Source: an uncultured delta proteobacterium
GTDB taxonomy: Bacteria; Desulfobacterota; Desulfobacteria; Desulfobacterales; SG8-13
Assembly (NCBI GenBank): GCA_963848135.1
Contig: CAWKCK010000017.1
Coordinates: 186,001 to 250,000, forward strand
Reading direction: 5' to 3'
Length of the DNA stretch: 64,000 nt
Shown here: in pieces, positions 9,968 through 19,802 of the stretch
How the letters are laid out: each line of letters starts with the position of its first letter
Numbering within the stretch: the stretch's first letter is position 1
Made by a program: the position numbers and the translations under genes
Notes under the pieces: model-generated
Told to the model about the DNA's origin: nothing
Seen by the model: the letters and a program-made list of their open reading frames with translations, nothing else
The model's database searches: none

Positions 9968-10354
9968 TTAGACCGCCTCCTTGAAAATTAATTTTTTAAC
10001 CTCTCGCAGGGTTGCAAGGGTGATGCTGGCAACCACCACGGACAGTCCGAGAACCAGACCGACCGGATTTACAAAGTGCCCTGCAATCAAAACGAAAATA
10101 ATGAAACCGCTTGCGATGAAGCGGATGTAGTACTTGGCCAAAATGGCGTTGGGAGACGCCAGCCGGGATGGGGTGAGAGCTTTCTTGAGGGTTTTGGCCA
10201 GCAGGTGGAAGTTCACTGTGACCAGTAGCCCTCCGAAAATGATCCCTCGGGCGAATTCAGGCGGTGCCGTGATCAGGCCGATGATACTGGCACCTGAAAA
10301 CAGAATCCAGTTAGTGCGGGTGACGAAGGATAAAATTCGTTGTTGTATGTCCAT
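9968..10354 (-). CDS. atpI: ATP synthase subunit I-like membrane protein
   Basis: Four hydrophobic segments, 128 aa, directly upstream of atpB. Confidence 0.75.
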   Translation of the reverse strand: MDIQQRILSFVTRTNWILFSGASIIGLITAPPEFARGIIFGGLLVTVNFHLLAKTLKKALTPSRLASPNAILAKYYIRFIASGFIIFVLIAGHFVNPVGLVLGLSVVVASITLATLREVKKLIFKEAV

Positions 10355-10384
10355 CCGTGAGTTTTCTTCGCCCGGGCAGAAAAA

Positions 10385-10606
10385 TCAGAGTTTTCTGCTT
10401 TTCTTGATGGCAAGTCCGATGTTGCGATAGGCAGCCGCAATGCCCAATCCCAAGCCGATCAGTGTCAGCCAAGGCGTGGTATCGAATACCGATCTGTCTA
10501 GGTAGACCCCTATAGCAAGACCGATGACAATCGAGAGTGACACCGAGAACCCCAGACTGGAATAGTAGGCCAGTTCACGAAAATGGCGTCTGGTTTCACG
10601 CTTCAT
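10385..10606 (-). CDS. AtpZ/AtpI ('gene 1') family protein
   Basis: GLAIGVYLD...TTPWLTLIGLGLGIAAAY pattern, first gene of the atp F0 cluster. Confidence 0.8.
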   Translation of the reverse strand: MKRETRRHFRELAYYSSLGFSVSLSIVIGLAIGVYLDRSVFDTTPWLTLIGLGLGIAAAYRNIGLAIKKSRKL

Positions 10607-10848
10607 GTCAATTTAAACACTCACCAGTAGATGAAAAGGCTCGTCAATGAGCCTCCAAAACGTTAGAGCAACTAACACAGGATTATTCTCAAGTCAATGA
10701 GTATTTGGTTTTTTTTCAGTAGGCACTGATAACATTAAACATCCAAATTTATTATTCTTTTTCCGGTTTGGCGCCTTCCAATCCCCGGTAACCCTTGCTG
10801 CGACGACCGAGGGTTGGATTTTCAGCCGGTGCGTTGGTCGATACGTGG

Positions 10849-11661
10849 TCAACCGGTTAACGCATCGAGCGCGATGCTGACGGCATCAAAGACGGGGCCG
10901 TCAAGGCAGACATGATAATAATGATTTTTCTTGTCTCGGGCGGTGACCGCACATCCCAGGCAGGCACCCATACCACAGGCCATCATGGATTCGATCGATA
11001 CCTGGCAGGCCACTTTGTGGGCATCAATAATGCCAATGACGCAACTGAGCATCTCCAGTGGTCCACAGGCAAAGACGATGTCAGGTGGGCCCCCGGCAAG
11101 GGCGATCTCCACAGGGTGGGTCACAAAACATTGATCCCCTGCGCTGCCGTCATCGGTTGTGGTGTGAACCGACAGACCTGCTGCAGCGAAATCATCCACG
11201 CACAACAACTCATCGCGCCTCCGCCCGCCTAAAAATACACGGCAATCTTCGGCATGAACTCCATCTTTAATGAGATGCTGGGCCAGGTAGACCATGGGCG
11301 CGACCCCCATGCCGCCGGCAACGATGAATATCTTTTTGGCACCAGGCGGTCGCCTAAACGCACTGCCGAGAGGCCCCACAATATCCAGCGTCTCACCCTG
11401 CCTCCGTCCCGCCAGTATATGGGTGCCTTTGCCCACAACCTTGTAAAGCAGTTCGATACCAACGATACGGGTGCCTTGCACAATCGGTTGGTGAATTGAA
11501 AACGGCCGTCGCAATAACGGTTCGACGCCTTCGGATATGCGTAACATAACGAACTGGCCGGGTTTGGCGCGACCAAAACCGCTCGGGCAGCTCAGACCGA
11601 TACGATAGACTTGGGGTCCCACAGCTTCGTTCCAAAGTATTTGCGCTTTCTGCTGAAACAT
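10849..11661 (-). CDS. pyrK: Dihydroorotate dehydrogenase electron transfer subunit
   Basis: PGQFVM, LRRPFSI, GPLG, AGGMGVAP, ACGP, [2Fe-2S] motif MACGMGACLGC...C-DGPVF. Start reset to ATG 11661, just after the pgeF stop. Confidence 0.88.
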   Translation of the reverse strand: MFQQKAQILWNEAVGPQVYRIGLSCPSGFGRAKPGQFVMLRISEGVEPLLRRPFSIHQPIVQGTRIVGIELLYKVVGKGTHILAGRRQGETLDIVGPLGSAFRRPPGAKKIFIVAGGMGVAPMVYLAQHLIKDGVHAEDCRVFLGGRRRDELLCVDDFAAAGLSVHTTTDDGSAGDQCFVTHPVEIALAGGPPDIVFACGPLEMLSCVIGIIDAHKVACQVSIESMMACGMGACLGCAVTARDKKNHYYHVCLDGPVFDAVSIALDALTG

Positions 11662-11675
11662 AATGACGGCTCTTC

Positions 11676-12464
11676 TTATTTCAGGCCGATAACCGCAGCG
11701 AAACGTCCGGTTTTTCCCTCCCCACGATAGGAATAAAAGAGATCGGTTCGGCAGCGGGTGCACAGTTCGCTGGAAAATATATGTTCGCGAACCATACCGG
11801 CCTCCAGAAGCTGGTCGCGGCTCAGGGCCCAGAAGTCAAAGTGGTTATTTGTTGATTTATATTCCCAGTACGGTCGCGGAATTTCACTTCGATAATTGAC
11901 GAACTCCGCACAGCAAGGTCCCAAAGACGGTCCGATAGCGGCGAGCAGGTCTCTTTCCGAAGATCCGAAAGTATCCGCCAGCACCTGAATCGTCATGCCG
12001 ATTATATTGCTAACGCTCCCCCGCCACCCGGAATGGATATTGGCCACGACCTTCCGTACCGGATCATATACCAGGATGGGCTGACAGTCAGCCACCTGAA
12101 TGGCAAGGAATTTACCGGCGCTATTGGTCACCATGGCGTCACCAACTGGCGGCGTTTCCCCTCCCACTTTATCCCGGTAATCCGGCGAGTCAGGCACAAT
12201 GTGCACATCGGTACCATGAACCTGCCGGCAGAAAACCAGTTCGTCCGCCCCCATCGATTTCCGAACCATCCTGCGATTACCTCGAACCCGTCCGGGTTCA
12301 TCACCGACACTGAAACAGGTGTTGAGGCTGCGAAACGGCTCGCGGCTCATGCCCCCCTTACGCGTGAATACGGCATGCTTGATGGATTCGAAATCTTCCA
12401 ACCCCCGGAATTGCAGGCAGGTCAGGCCGTTACGACCGATTTTGACAGAACTGTCTGCGTTCAT
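11676..12464 (-). CDS. pgeF: PgeF/YfiH family protein (purine nucleoside phosphorylase / laccase domain)
   Basis: FTRKGG, QVHG, ADCQPI, HSGWRG, IGPSLGPCC, YSYR. Confidence 0.9.
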   Translation of the reverse strand: MNADSSVKIGRNGLTCLQFRGLEDFESIKHAVFTRKGGMSREPFRSLNTCFSVGDEPGRVRGNRRMVRKSMGADELVFCRQVHGTDVHIVPDSPDYRDKVGGETPPVGDAMVTNSAGKFLAIQVADCQPILVYDPVRKVVANIHSGWRGSVSNIIGMTIQVLADTFGSSERDLLAAIGPSLGPCCAEFVNYRSEIPRPYWEYKSTNNHFDFWALSRDQLLEAGMVREHIFSSELCTRCRTDLFYSYRGEGKTGRFAAVIGLK

Positions 12465-12532
12465 ATTGGCACTCCGGGCAGCTGATCAAGGTTGAAATCT
12501 CCAAAAGTTAGCCGCTGCAGCCGGTCATACGG

Positions 12533-13498
12533 TCAAACGGCTCGAGCCACAGTTAAAATGTCGACGCGCGACGCGCCGCTGCCGCGCAGAACCTTGGCGC
12601 ATTCATTCACCGTGGCACCGGTGGTGTAGATGTCATCGATCAGCAAAATGCGCCGGTCTTTTATCACGGCCGTATTTTTCACCCGGAAGGCGTTCTTTAT
12701 ATTGTCCAGTCGGCCCTTGCGTTTCAAACCGGTCTGAGATGCGGTGCATCGCGTCCGAAAGAGTGCCCCCTTTTCAACAGTGGTGGTCGTAGACACACTT
12801 CCGGTGCCATTAAGCTGCCGTGCGAACGCCTTGGCCAACAAGTATGCCTGATTGAAACCCCGGCGGCGGAAACGTTTGCGATGCAACGGTACCGGCAGGA
12901 CCAGGTCAATGTCGCCGATGTCCCAGAATCTCGAGAAGGTATCCGCCAGCATAGCCCCAAACGGGCCTGCCAGCTGTATCTTGCCGTTGTATTTGAAGCC
13001 GTGTACGAGCGTCAATGTCAGCGGGGTATATACAGCTGCGGCCCGCGCCAACCGAAAATTCTTAGGGTTTTGGAGACACTCCCCGCACACATGGTCGTCG
13101 CCTTCACGACTCTTAAACGGCATGCCGCACACACGGCACAACGGCGATATCACTGGCGACCATCCGACGATGCAATGCGAGCAGACCCACGGGGACAAGG
13201 GCGCCGATGCGGCTGGCGAAACGATGGACCGACTCTCGTCATCGCAGCCGTTACCCATCAAAGCAAAGACGGCTGGGTCGGCAGGGTCTCCTGCGTTTAC
13301 TGGTCTGTTACGGGGGCGATCGACCGACGGCGGGTTGAAAAGCATACCACACCCCATGCATCTGGTCGGTAGAAAGGCCGCCACCAGGGCCTGTATGACG
13401 CGACGAAATCCTGACTGTAAATCTTTGCGTTCCACCGAGAACGCGTTGGTTTTACCAGTCGTTTCATCGGCCGCCCCTGATTCGCCCATCCCCGTCAT
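12533..13498 (-). CDS. comF: ComF family protein (zinc ribbon plus phosphoribosyltransferase); start uncertain
   Basis: Several CxxC pairs, FKYNG, PVPLH..R...RGFNQA, LLIDDIYTTGAT. Confidence 0.85.
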   Translation of the reverse strand: MTGMGESGAADETTGKTNAFSVERKDLQSGFRRVIQALVAAFLPTRCMGCGMLFNPPSVDRPRNRPVNAGDPADPAVFALMGNGCDDESRSIVSPAASAPLSPWVCSHCIVGWSPVISPLCRVCGMPFKSREGDDHVCGECLQNPKNFRLARAAAVYTPLTLTLVHGFKYNGKIQLAGPFGAMLADTFSRFWDIGDIDLVLPVPLHRKRFRRRGFNQAYLLAKAFARQLNGTGSVSTTTTVEKGALFRTRCTASQTGLKRKGRLDNIKNAFRVKNTAVIKDRRILLIDDIYTTGATVNECAKVLRGSGASRVDILTVARAV

Positions 13499-13508
13499 GC
13501 TCCGGTAA

Positions 13509-14735
13509 TCATTTTTTCAACCGTTTGACAATTTCCCCGGCAAACTCCGAGCACAGTACTTCCCGTGCATCCCTGATCTGCCGGGCCAAATCATAGGTGA
13601 CCACACGGTCCCTGACGGTTTCCTGTAGAGCCTTTCGAATCATATCGGCGGCCGCCGTCCAGCTCATATGATCGAGCATCATGGCGCCTGAAAGTATCAA
13701 CGAGCTCGGATTGACTTTGTCCAACCCCGCATATTTGGGTGCCGTGCCATGGGTGGCCTCAAACACGGCACAGTTATCTCCAATGTTGGCGCCGGGCGCC
13801 ATTCCCAGCCCGCCGACCTGGGCAGCGAGGGCGTCCGATATATAGTCACCGTTGAGGTTCGGCGTCGCAATGACATGAAACTCGTCAGGCCGTAGCAGTA
13901 CCTGTTGAAACAGCATGTCGGCAATCCGATCCTTAATGACCACCTTACCCTCTGGTCGCTCGCCCCCGTAACGGTCGTAAAGCTCCGCTTCGGTGAGAGT
14001 TTCGTCCGCAAAACGCTCACGCGCAACCTCATATCCCCATCGACTGAAGGCGCCCTCGGTATATTTCATGATGTTGCCTTTGTGCATCAGGGTGACGCTG
14101 GGCCGGTGGTTTTTAACCGCATGAGCAATAGCGCTGGCAACAAGGCGCTTGGTATTTTTTTCGCTGATCGGTTTAATCCCGATGCCGGGCATCGGTGGCA
14201 GACGGGCACCCATCTTCTGCTCGAGAAACGCGACAACCGCCTCGGCCTCCCGGCTGCCCGACTCCCACTCGATACCCACATACAAATCTTCGGTATTCTC
14301 CCGGAATATCACCATATCGATCTTTTCAGGATGCTTCATGGGACTGGGCACTGTATCGATATATTTCACGGGGCGGACACAGGCATACAAATCGAGTTTC
14401 TTACGGATGGCAACGTTCAGACTGCGGATGCCCTTGCCCACCGGTGTCGTCAACGGCCCTTTGATGGCCACCGCATAGTGTTTGATGGCTTGGAGCGTAT
14501 CCTCCGGCAGCCAGTCGCCTGTTTGCTGCTGCGCCTTCTCTCCGGCCAAAACCTCTTTCCAGGCAATACCGCGCTCGCCGTCATAAGCATGCACCACGGC
14601 AGCGTCGAGGACCATCTGGGTCGCTCGCCAGATATCCGGTCCGGTACCGTCCCCTTCGATGAAGGGAATAACGGGTTGAGCCGGAACATTTATGCTACCA
14701 TCGCTCTGTTTGGTGATTCTGTTCTTTGATTCCAT
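13509..14735 (-). CDS. icd: Isocitrate dehydrogenase, NADP-dependent dimeric type
   Basis: [61 protein letters not shown] at 14735 follows GAAAGG. Confidence 0.96.
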   Translation of the reverse strand: MESKNRITKQSDGSINVPAQPVIPFIEGDGTGPDIWRATQMVLDAAVVHAYDGERGIAWKEVLAGEKAQQQTGDWLPEDTLQAIKHYAVAIKGPLTTPVGKGIRSLNVAIRKKLDLYACVRPVKYIDTVPSPMKHPEKIDMVIFRENTEDLYVGIEWESGSREAEAVVAFLEQKMGARLPPMPGIGIKPISEKNTKRLVASAIAHAVKNHRPSVTLMHKGNIMKYTEGAFSRWGYEVARERFADETLTEAELYDRYGGERPEGKVVIKDRIADMLFQQVLLRPDEFHVIATPNLNGDYISDALAAQVGGLGMAPGANIGDNCAVFEATHGTAPKYAGLDKVNPSSLILSGAMMLDHMSWTAAADMIRKALQETVRDRVVTYDLARQIRDAREVLCSEFAGEIVKRLKK

Positions 14736-14740
14736 GGAAC

Positions 14741-15559
14741 TCAACCTTTCTGGTTCTGAGTTGATGATGCCGGGCTTGCGCCGCGGTCCCGTCGACCCGT
14801 AGCGGAACGCGGAATACCGGTATCGCGGTATTGGCGGTAAATCTCGTACATTGTTACCGCCGCCGCAACAGACGCATTCAGGGAAACTACCGGTCCCTGC
14901 TGCGGAATAGTCAGCAGATAATCACAGTTCTGCTTCACCAGGGGTCTGATCCCGCACTCCTCTCCACCGATAACCATCGCCACCATGCCTGTCAAATCCG
15001 TATCGTAAACCGAATGACCGCGGTTCTGGTCCATCCCGTACACCCACCAGCCGTTTGATTTCAGAGCCTTGATTCCCGTGACAAGATTCGTCACCTCAAC
15101 CAGGTGGATATGCTCCAAAGCGCCGGCCGAAGCCTTTGAGACGGCAGGTGTCGGTCCGGCAGCGCGGTTTTTGGGAATAATGACGGCTTCAGCGCCGACA
15201 CCCAGCGCTGTCCGGATGATGGCTCCCAAGTTGTGAGGATCCACAATGCTGTCAAGCAATACCAAGAGACGCCCCGCCGTTGCCGTTCGATGGGTGGCAA
15301 TAAGGCTGGATAGATGCATAAAGGGGATCGGACCCACCCGTGCCACCACACCCTGGTGCTGCCTCTGTTCGGCCCATCGGTTCAGTTGGGCGTCAGGGAC
15401 CCACTGCACAGATATGTTCATTGACGCGGCACTGGATTCAATGGCCTGCAATTTTCTGGAAGCACTCTTGCGCGACAGGTAAATCCCGCTGAACTTTCTC
15501 CGGCCTGCTCTGAGGGCTTCCTCTACAGGATGAATGCCATATAAGATCTCGTCTTTCAT
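14741..15559 (-). CDS. rlmB: 23S rRNA (Gm2251) methyltransferase, TrmH family
   Basis: [41 protein letters not shown]. Confidence 0.9.
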   Translation of the reverse strand: MKDEILYGIHPVEEALRAGRRKFSGIYLSRKSASRKLQAIESSAASMNISVQWVPDAQLNRWAEQRQHQGVVARVGPIPFMHLSSLIATHRTATAGRLLVLLDSIVDPHNLGAIIRTALGVGAEAVIIPKNRAAGPTPAVSKASAGALEHIHLVEVTNLVTGIKALKSNGWWVYGMDQNRGHSVYDTDLTGMVAMVIGGEECGIRPLVKQNCDYLLTIPQQGPVVSLNASVAAAVTMYEIYRQYRDTGIPRSATGRRDRGASPASSTQNQKG

Positions 15560-15587
15560 CACGTCTTTACGGTGTTTCGGCTGGCAG

Positions 15588-16229
15588 TCAGGAAGATGCA
15601 TCACCGCCTTGTGTTCTATCGGAATCGATAATTGCGGACATCGCCGCGACGGCCTCGCTCAAGCGGTTGTTGATGAGGATATGATGGTAAGTTTCTCTTT
15701 GAGTCATTTCCCTTTTGGCGTTTGCCAGCCGTTGTTCGATGTCCTCAAGACTGTCGGTGCCCCGTTTAAGCAGCCGCGCCCTAAGCGCCGCAGCAGATGG
15801 CGGCATGATAAATATGGTCACGCTGTCCGGATAGCGCTTCAGAATCTGCTGAGCACCCTGAACGTCGATGTCCAGCAACACGTCGCTACCACTGCTGAGC
15901 GACTCATCGATAAAATCGGCCGAGGTACCGTAGTAATTTCCATGTACCTGGGCCCATTCGGCCCACGCACCTTTCTGAATTCCCGCCAGAAAATCATCCT
16001 TTGAAACGAAGTAATAGTCAATCCCATTTTTTTCTTCACCCCTGGGGCTGCGGGTGGTGTAGGACACCGAGTACTTGAGATCGGGCATCCGTTCCAGCAC
16101 GGCCCTGCAAATAGTCGATTTACCGGCTCCGGACGGCGCCGAAATCACATAGAGTCGGCCGCAGGCGGGTGGCGTCTTTCGACCGGTACCGCTACAGGGG
16201 TTGGGGTCAAAGGTCTTTTCCGCTTTCAT
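15588..16229 (-). CDS. gmk: Guanylate kinase
   Basis: SAPSGAGKSTI, SVSYTTRSPR, GNYYGT, LDIDVQG. Confidence 0.96.
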   Translation of the reverse strand: MKAEKTFDPNPCSGTGRKTPPACGRLYVISAPSGAGKSTICRAVLERMPDLKYSVSYTTRSPRGEEKNGIDYYFVSKDDFLAGIQKGAWAEWAQVHGNYYGTSADFIDESLSSGSDVLLDIDVQGAQQILKRYPDSVTIFIMPPSAAALRARLLKRGTDSLEDIEQRLANAKREMTQRETYHHILINNRLSEAVAAMSAIIDSDRTQGGDASS

Positions 16230-16235
16230 TCCGGC

Positions 16236-16490
16236 TTAACTCGTTTCCTTTAGGGTTGTAAAGCGCTGGGATATGGTTTCAGCCTGAATCGCGGAAAGCA
16301 CGATGTGGTTGCTATCGAGTACGATAATGGACCGCGTGCGGCGCCCGTGGGTTGCATCGATCAACCGCTTGTCATCCCGGGCCTCGTCCCTTAGTCTTTT
16401 CATCGGTGCCGAGTTCGGCGACACAATGGAAACGACACGGTCGGCAACCACCGTACTGCCAAACCCGATATTGAGAAGTAATTGTTCCAT
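16236..16490 (-). CDS. RemA/DUF370 family protein
   Basis: [26 protein letters not shown]; between yicC and gmk; GGAGA RBS before ATG 16490. Confidence 0.88.
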   Translation of the reverse strand: MEQLLLNIGFGSTVVADRVVSIVSPNSAPMKRLRDEARDDKRLIDATHGRRTRSIIVLDSNHIVLSAIQAETISQRFTTLKETS

Positions 16491-16498
16491 TTGTTTCT

Positions 16499-16703
16499 CC
16501 GTTGGCCGGTTGAGCCCGTTGCGCCTGTTTGGCCCGTGCACGGCCTCAACGGGCAGAGGATTGAGTGAGATCTATCGTTGAACATTTCGGTCAGATTTCG
16601 GAAATCAACCGCTGGCGTTCTAAGAGCCCACACCATAAACAGTTGTCAAATTAAACCGGCTGAACAGACTCAACGGGCCTAACCGGTGCAACCGGCTAAA
16701 CCG
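16499..16703. repeat. Two opposed arrays of degenerate 9-bp tandem repeats flanking about 110 bp
   Basis: Right arm (+, 16653-16703): AAACCGGCT GAACAGACT CAACGGGCC TAACCGGTG CAACCGGCT AAACCG. Left arm (-, 16499-16540): GCACGGGCC AAACAGGCG CAACGGGCT CAACCGGC CAACGG. Confidence 0.7.
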
Positions 16704-17585
16704 CTACTCAACGTTCTGCACCTGCTCTCTTATTTTCTCTAGCTCCGATTTTATCTCGACCACCAGGTGGGCCACCACCGATTTGTCGGTCTTTGAACCG
16801 ATAGTGTTGAATTCGCGATTGAGTTCCTGGAGCAGAAAATTCAATTTCCGGCCGCCAGGCGATTCATTGCCCATAATCGTACGAAATTGATCGATATGGC
16901 TGGCGGCGCGCACGATCTCTTCCGTAATGTCACTTCGTTCGGCCAAAATGGCGGCCTCCTGGGCCACTCGTCCGGCATCGATTTCGACAATCCCGTGAGT
17001 GAGTGAAGCAATGCGCTCTCTTAATCGGTCGCGGTAAAGCGCCAACAGGCCGCTGGATTCCTCCTTGATACTTATCAGGTGGCGAGAAATGGCGTCGATT
17101 CTCTGGATGATATCCCTGGCAATGTATTCGCCTTCCTTTTGCCGCATGCCGTCAAGATCGATGAGTGCCCGGCACAGGCACTCATCGATAGTGGGCCAGT
17201 TTGAGGTGGTGTCATCTTCGGGTTCTACCGGCTTTATCACGTCTCTGAGGCTGATGAGTTGTTCAATTGTTACCGGTGTCTCAATATTTAACAATTGCTT
17301 GAGATCCGACAGTGCCTGATAGTAGGCTGCTGCTCTATTTGCATCCACCTCATAGGCGACGGTATCTCCAGATAGTTCTTTGACCTGCAGATTAACGTCG
17401 ATGCGTCCCCGATCGACCGTCTCTTTCACGCGGCTTTTTATCTTTTCTTCCATAGCGTTGCAATTGGGCGGAAGACGCAACACAATATCCAAATATCGGC
17501 TATTGTAGGATCGAATTTCAACGGATACTGACACAGCTTCACCTGTGTTTTCGGTCCGGGCATATGCGGTCATGCTCTTTATCAT
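16704..17585 (-). CDS. yicC: YicC/YloC family endoribonuclease
   Basis: MIKSMTAY, EIRSYNSRY, DITEEIVR, GRKLNFLLQELNREFNTIGSK, EKIREQVQNVE. Confidence 0.95.
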   Translation of the reverse strand: MIKSMTAYARTENTGEAVSVSVEIRSYNSRYLDIVLRLPPNCNAMEEKIKSRVKETVDRGRIDVNLQVKELSGDTVAYEVDANRAAAYYQALSDLKQLLNIETPVTIEQLISLRDVIKPVEPEDDTTSNWPTIDECLCRALIDLDGMRQKEGEYIARDIIQRIDAISRHLISIKEESSGLLALYRDRLRERIASLTHGIVEIDAGRVAQEAAILAERSDITEEIVRAASHIDQFRTIMGNESPGGRKLNFLLQELNREFNTIGSKTDKSVVAHLVVEIKSELEKIREQVQNVE

Positions 17586-18118
17586 CAGGCGTTGTCCCGT
17601 TTTAAGTCATTAATGTATTTTTTCCTCACCAGCGCCAAAAAGTCATGCATGCGGGAATCAGCGTAGTCAGGATAGGTCCATTCCAGAGTATGAAACGCCC
17701 CGTTTCTGTAAATCAATGTGAGGTCGGCATATATGTCGCGACCGATATAGATACGATGGGCAAAGTTCTTTCCGGTAGCCAGGACAAACCGCTCCCGCAG
17801 CAAATAACCAGGATCGATATTGACAGACCGCTTTCCGCTGAAGGTGTATTCGTCCTCTATGGCATTGGTCTGTTGTTTGATATCGGCCAGATCATTCTGT
17901 TGTATCAGGGTGGCGAAGACCAGCATCCGCCGGTAAAGAGGGGTCCCCATTTCGGGCTCATAATAGTCGGTAAAACAGAAGTCGAACCAGGGGCTGACAA
18001 TATCGAGGGCACCGAAACATTGAACGAGTCTGTCGGTGATCGGAGAAACCAGTTCCTGCTGGTTCATAAATAGGCCGATGACAAGCTTGGCCGCTAAAGG
18101 CGGTCGGGGCAGGCTCAT
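17585..18118 (-). CDS. DUF4416-like protein
   Basis: TDYYEPEMG, RSVNIDPGY, LATGKNFAHRIY, WTYPDY; overlaps both neighbours. Confidence 0.75.
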   Translation of the reverse strand: MSLPRPPLAAKLVIGLFMNQQELVSPITDRLVQCFGALDIVSPWFDFCFTDYYEPEMGTPLYRRMLVFATLIQQNDLADIKQQTNAIEDEYTFSGKRSVNIDPGYLLRERFVLATGKNFAHRIYIGRDIYADLTLIYRNGAFHTLEWTYPDYADSRMHDFLALVRKKYINDLKRDNA

Positions 18119-18288
18119 GAATCCAGAGGCTTAGCCTCTTCAATCAACATTATTGGTATGTCGTCCTTGATTTCGTATAACAATCGGCAACTGTGACAAA
18201 TCAAGCCATTTTGTGTTTCATTCAACTCGATATCGCCTTTGCATTTCGGGCATGCCAGTATTTCGAGGAGCTCCTTGCTGATGGCCAT
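18115..18288 (-). CDS. Trm112/YcaR-like protein
   Basis: LLEILACPKCKG...LICHSC..LYEIKDDIPIML. Confidence 0.9.
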   Translation of the reverse strand: MAISKELLEILACPKCKGDIELNETQNGLICHSCRLLYEIKDDIPIMLIEEAKPLDS

Positions 18289-18341
18289 GAACGCTGTCCT
18301 CCATTCGGTGTTCGTCACCCTGATATCGCAATCGCAATTTA

Positions 18342-19526
18342 TCAGTTCTGCTGTTCGGTTTCTGGTAAAATTTCCTGACGGTTGGATGAAAGCCAGCGGG
18401 AAATTTCATCTTTGATGGCTTTGTCCATTTCCAGAAAAGAAAATGATATCCCGATACCGTATTTGCGGACACTATATTTTTTGACCCTGACGACCGAACC
18501 GATAATGACGAGCGGGGCATCCTTACGGGTCGGAATGTTGACCTGCACGCGGGTCCCGATGGGGATTGAAAATTCATTCTCAAACAGAATTCCACCGATA
18601 CAGATATTCTTACCCTTGGCCGGCTGGGTTTCGCCATCATCGAAGCCGAGTTCGCGTATCATGACATTTTTATTGAGGTCGATCCGCAAATAACGCCGTT
18701 TGTCTTCTGAAAAATACGATACGTTGTCTTTCCCCGATCCCTTAGCCCGGTAAAGAGCCTGGTCAGCGCATTTCATCAAGTCGGGCGTATTTGAGGCGTT
18801 AAACGGATAGGACGCCAGCCCGCCGCTGATTGTCAACCGGATCCTGTTTCCTTTGTACCTTATTTCGGTGGCAGCCACCCGTTGGCGAATTCGTTCCCCC
18901 AGCACCATGGCATTGACCTTGTCCGTTTCGGGCAGTATGAGCACGATCTCTTCACCCCCGTAACGGGTCGCAATATCTTCCGACCTCTTCTCGGACAGTA
19001 TGATCTGAGCGACATGCTGGAGAACTTTGTCGCCCGCCAAATGACCGAATGAGTCATTGATATGTTTGAAATCGTCCAAATCGAAAAAAAGGACAGACAG
19101 GTCGAGATTGTGACGCCGGGCCCGGTTAATTTCCCTCTCAATGGTTTCGTCGAAGAATTGTCGATTAAAGAGATTGGTCAGACTGTCGTATCGGGACGCC
19201 TTGACGGTTTTCTCGAAAATATGAATTTCGACGACTTTAGGGTTCTTGAGGGATTTGTGAATAGAGCAGAAATAGTCGCAGATGGCTGTTCGCAAGCTGA
19301 CCTTGCGGCCCAGGACATCGTTGAGCTCGTAAAAATGTTCCAGGATGTCTTGCCAGCACTGTTCGGCTTCATCCGGTTCAATAACCAGATTAGTCAATAC
19401 ATGAAAGAGGATCGGGTAAACCTCCTGGCCACCGTTGTCAACGAGGAGGCTGAGCTCTTTGATCAACCGGCCTTCATTCTTGTACCGATCGAGGCACTTC
19501 AACACGGAATCCCTGATCTGTTCCAT
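18342..19526 (-). CDS. Diguanylate cyclase with C-terminal PilZ domain
   Basis: DSLTNLFNR, DLDDFKHINDSFGHLAGD, RSED I-site, RYGGEEI; then RRYLR and NICIGG PilZ-like motifs. Confidence 0.9.
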   Translation of the reverse strand: MEQIRDSVLKCLDRYKNEGRLIKELSLLVDNGGQEVYPILFHVLTNLVIEPDEAEQCWQDILEHFYELNDVLGRKVSLRTAICDYFCSIHKSLKNPKVVEIHIFEKTVKASRYDSLTNLFNRQFFDETIEREINRARRHNLDLSVLFFDLDDFKHINDSFGHLAGDKVLQHVAQIILSEKRSEDIATRYGGEEIVLILPETDKVNAMVLGERIRQRVAATEIRYKGNRIRLTISGGLASYPFNASNTPDLMKCADQALYRAKGSGKDNVSYFSEDKRRYLRIDLNKNVMIRELGFDDGETQPAKGKNICIGGILFENEFSIPIGTRVQVNIPTRKDAPLVIIGSVVRVKKYSVRKYGIGISFSFLEMDKAIKDEISRWLSSNRQEILPETEQQN

Positions 19527-19737
19527 TTAAAACCTCCCTGATCTGGTTTAGAGCCGGCAGTTGCGGCAATGATCGTAAAGGTCGGTGCCGGGAAGGCGCG
19601 GTGCCACTCGTATTCGACAAGCATTTTTCCATAACATGCATCTATTTGAATCGCAAGGGATTTGGAGCGTATGCCCGTGGGGGCCATAGTCACAAAACGT
19701 CCCGATATCATCATTGCGTTTCAATGCCCTTTTACCA

Positions 19738-19802
19738 ATCGAACCAATGACCTTCGGCAAAGCCGCAAGAATGCCTTGCAAACCGCTCCATGCAGTCTTT
19801 TA
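19738..19802. repeat. Copy 1 of a 65-bp dispersed intergenic element
   Basis: Aligns without gaps to 45742-45806 at 51/65 positions (hand count). Confidence 0.75.

Noticed and set aside
8890..10606. ATP synthase operon lacking atpF/H/A/G/D/C
   Set aside because: Separate F0 (I-B-E) and F1 clusters are usual in deltaproteobacteria.
13905..14729. Long antisense ORFs (also 9273-9971, 12852-13508, 30328-31290, 44242-45114, 46034-46732)
   Set aside because: They lie opposite well-conserved genes and have no recognisable motifs; they are expected shadow ORFs in GC-rich coding DNA.
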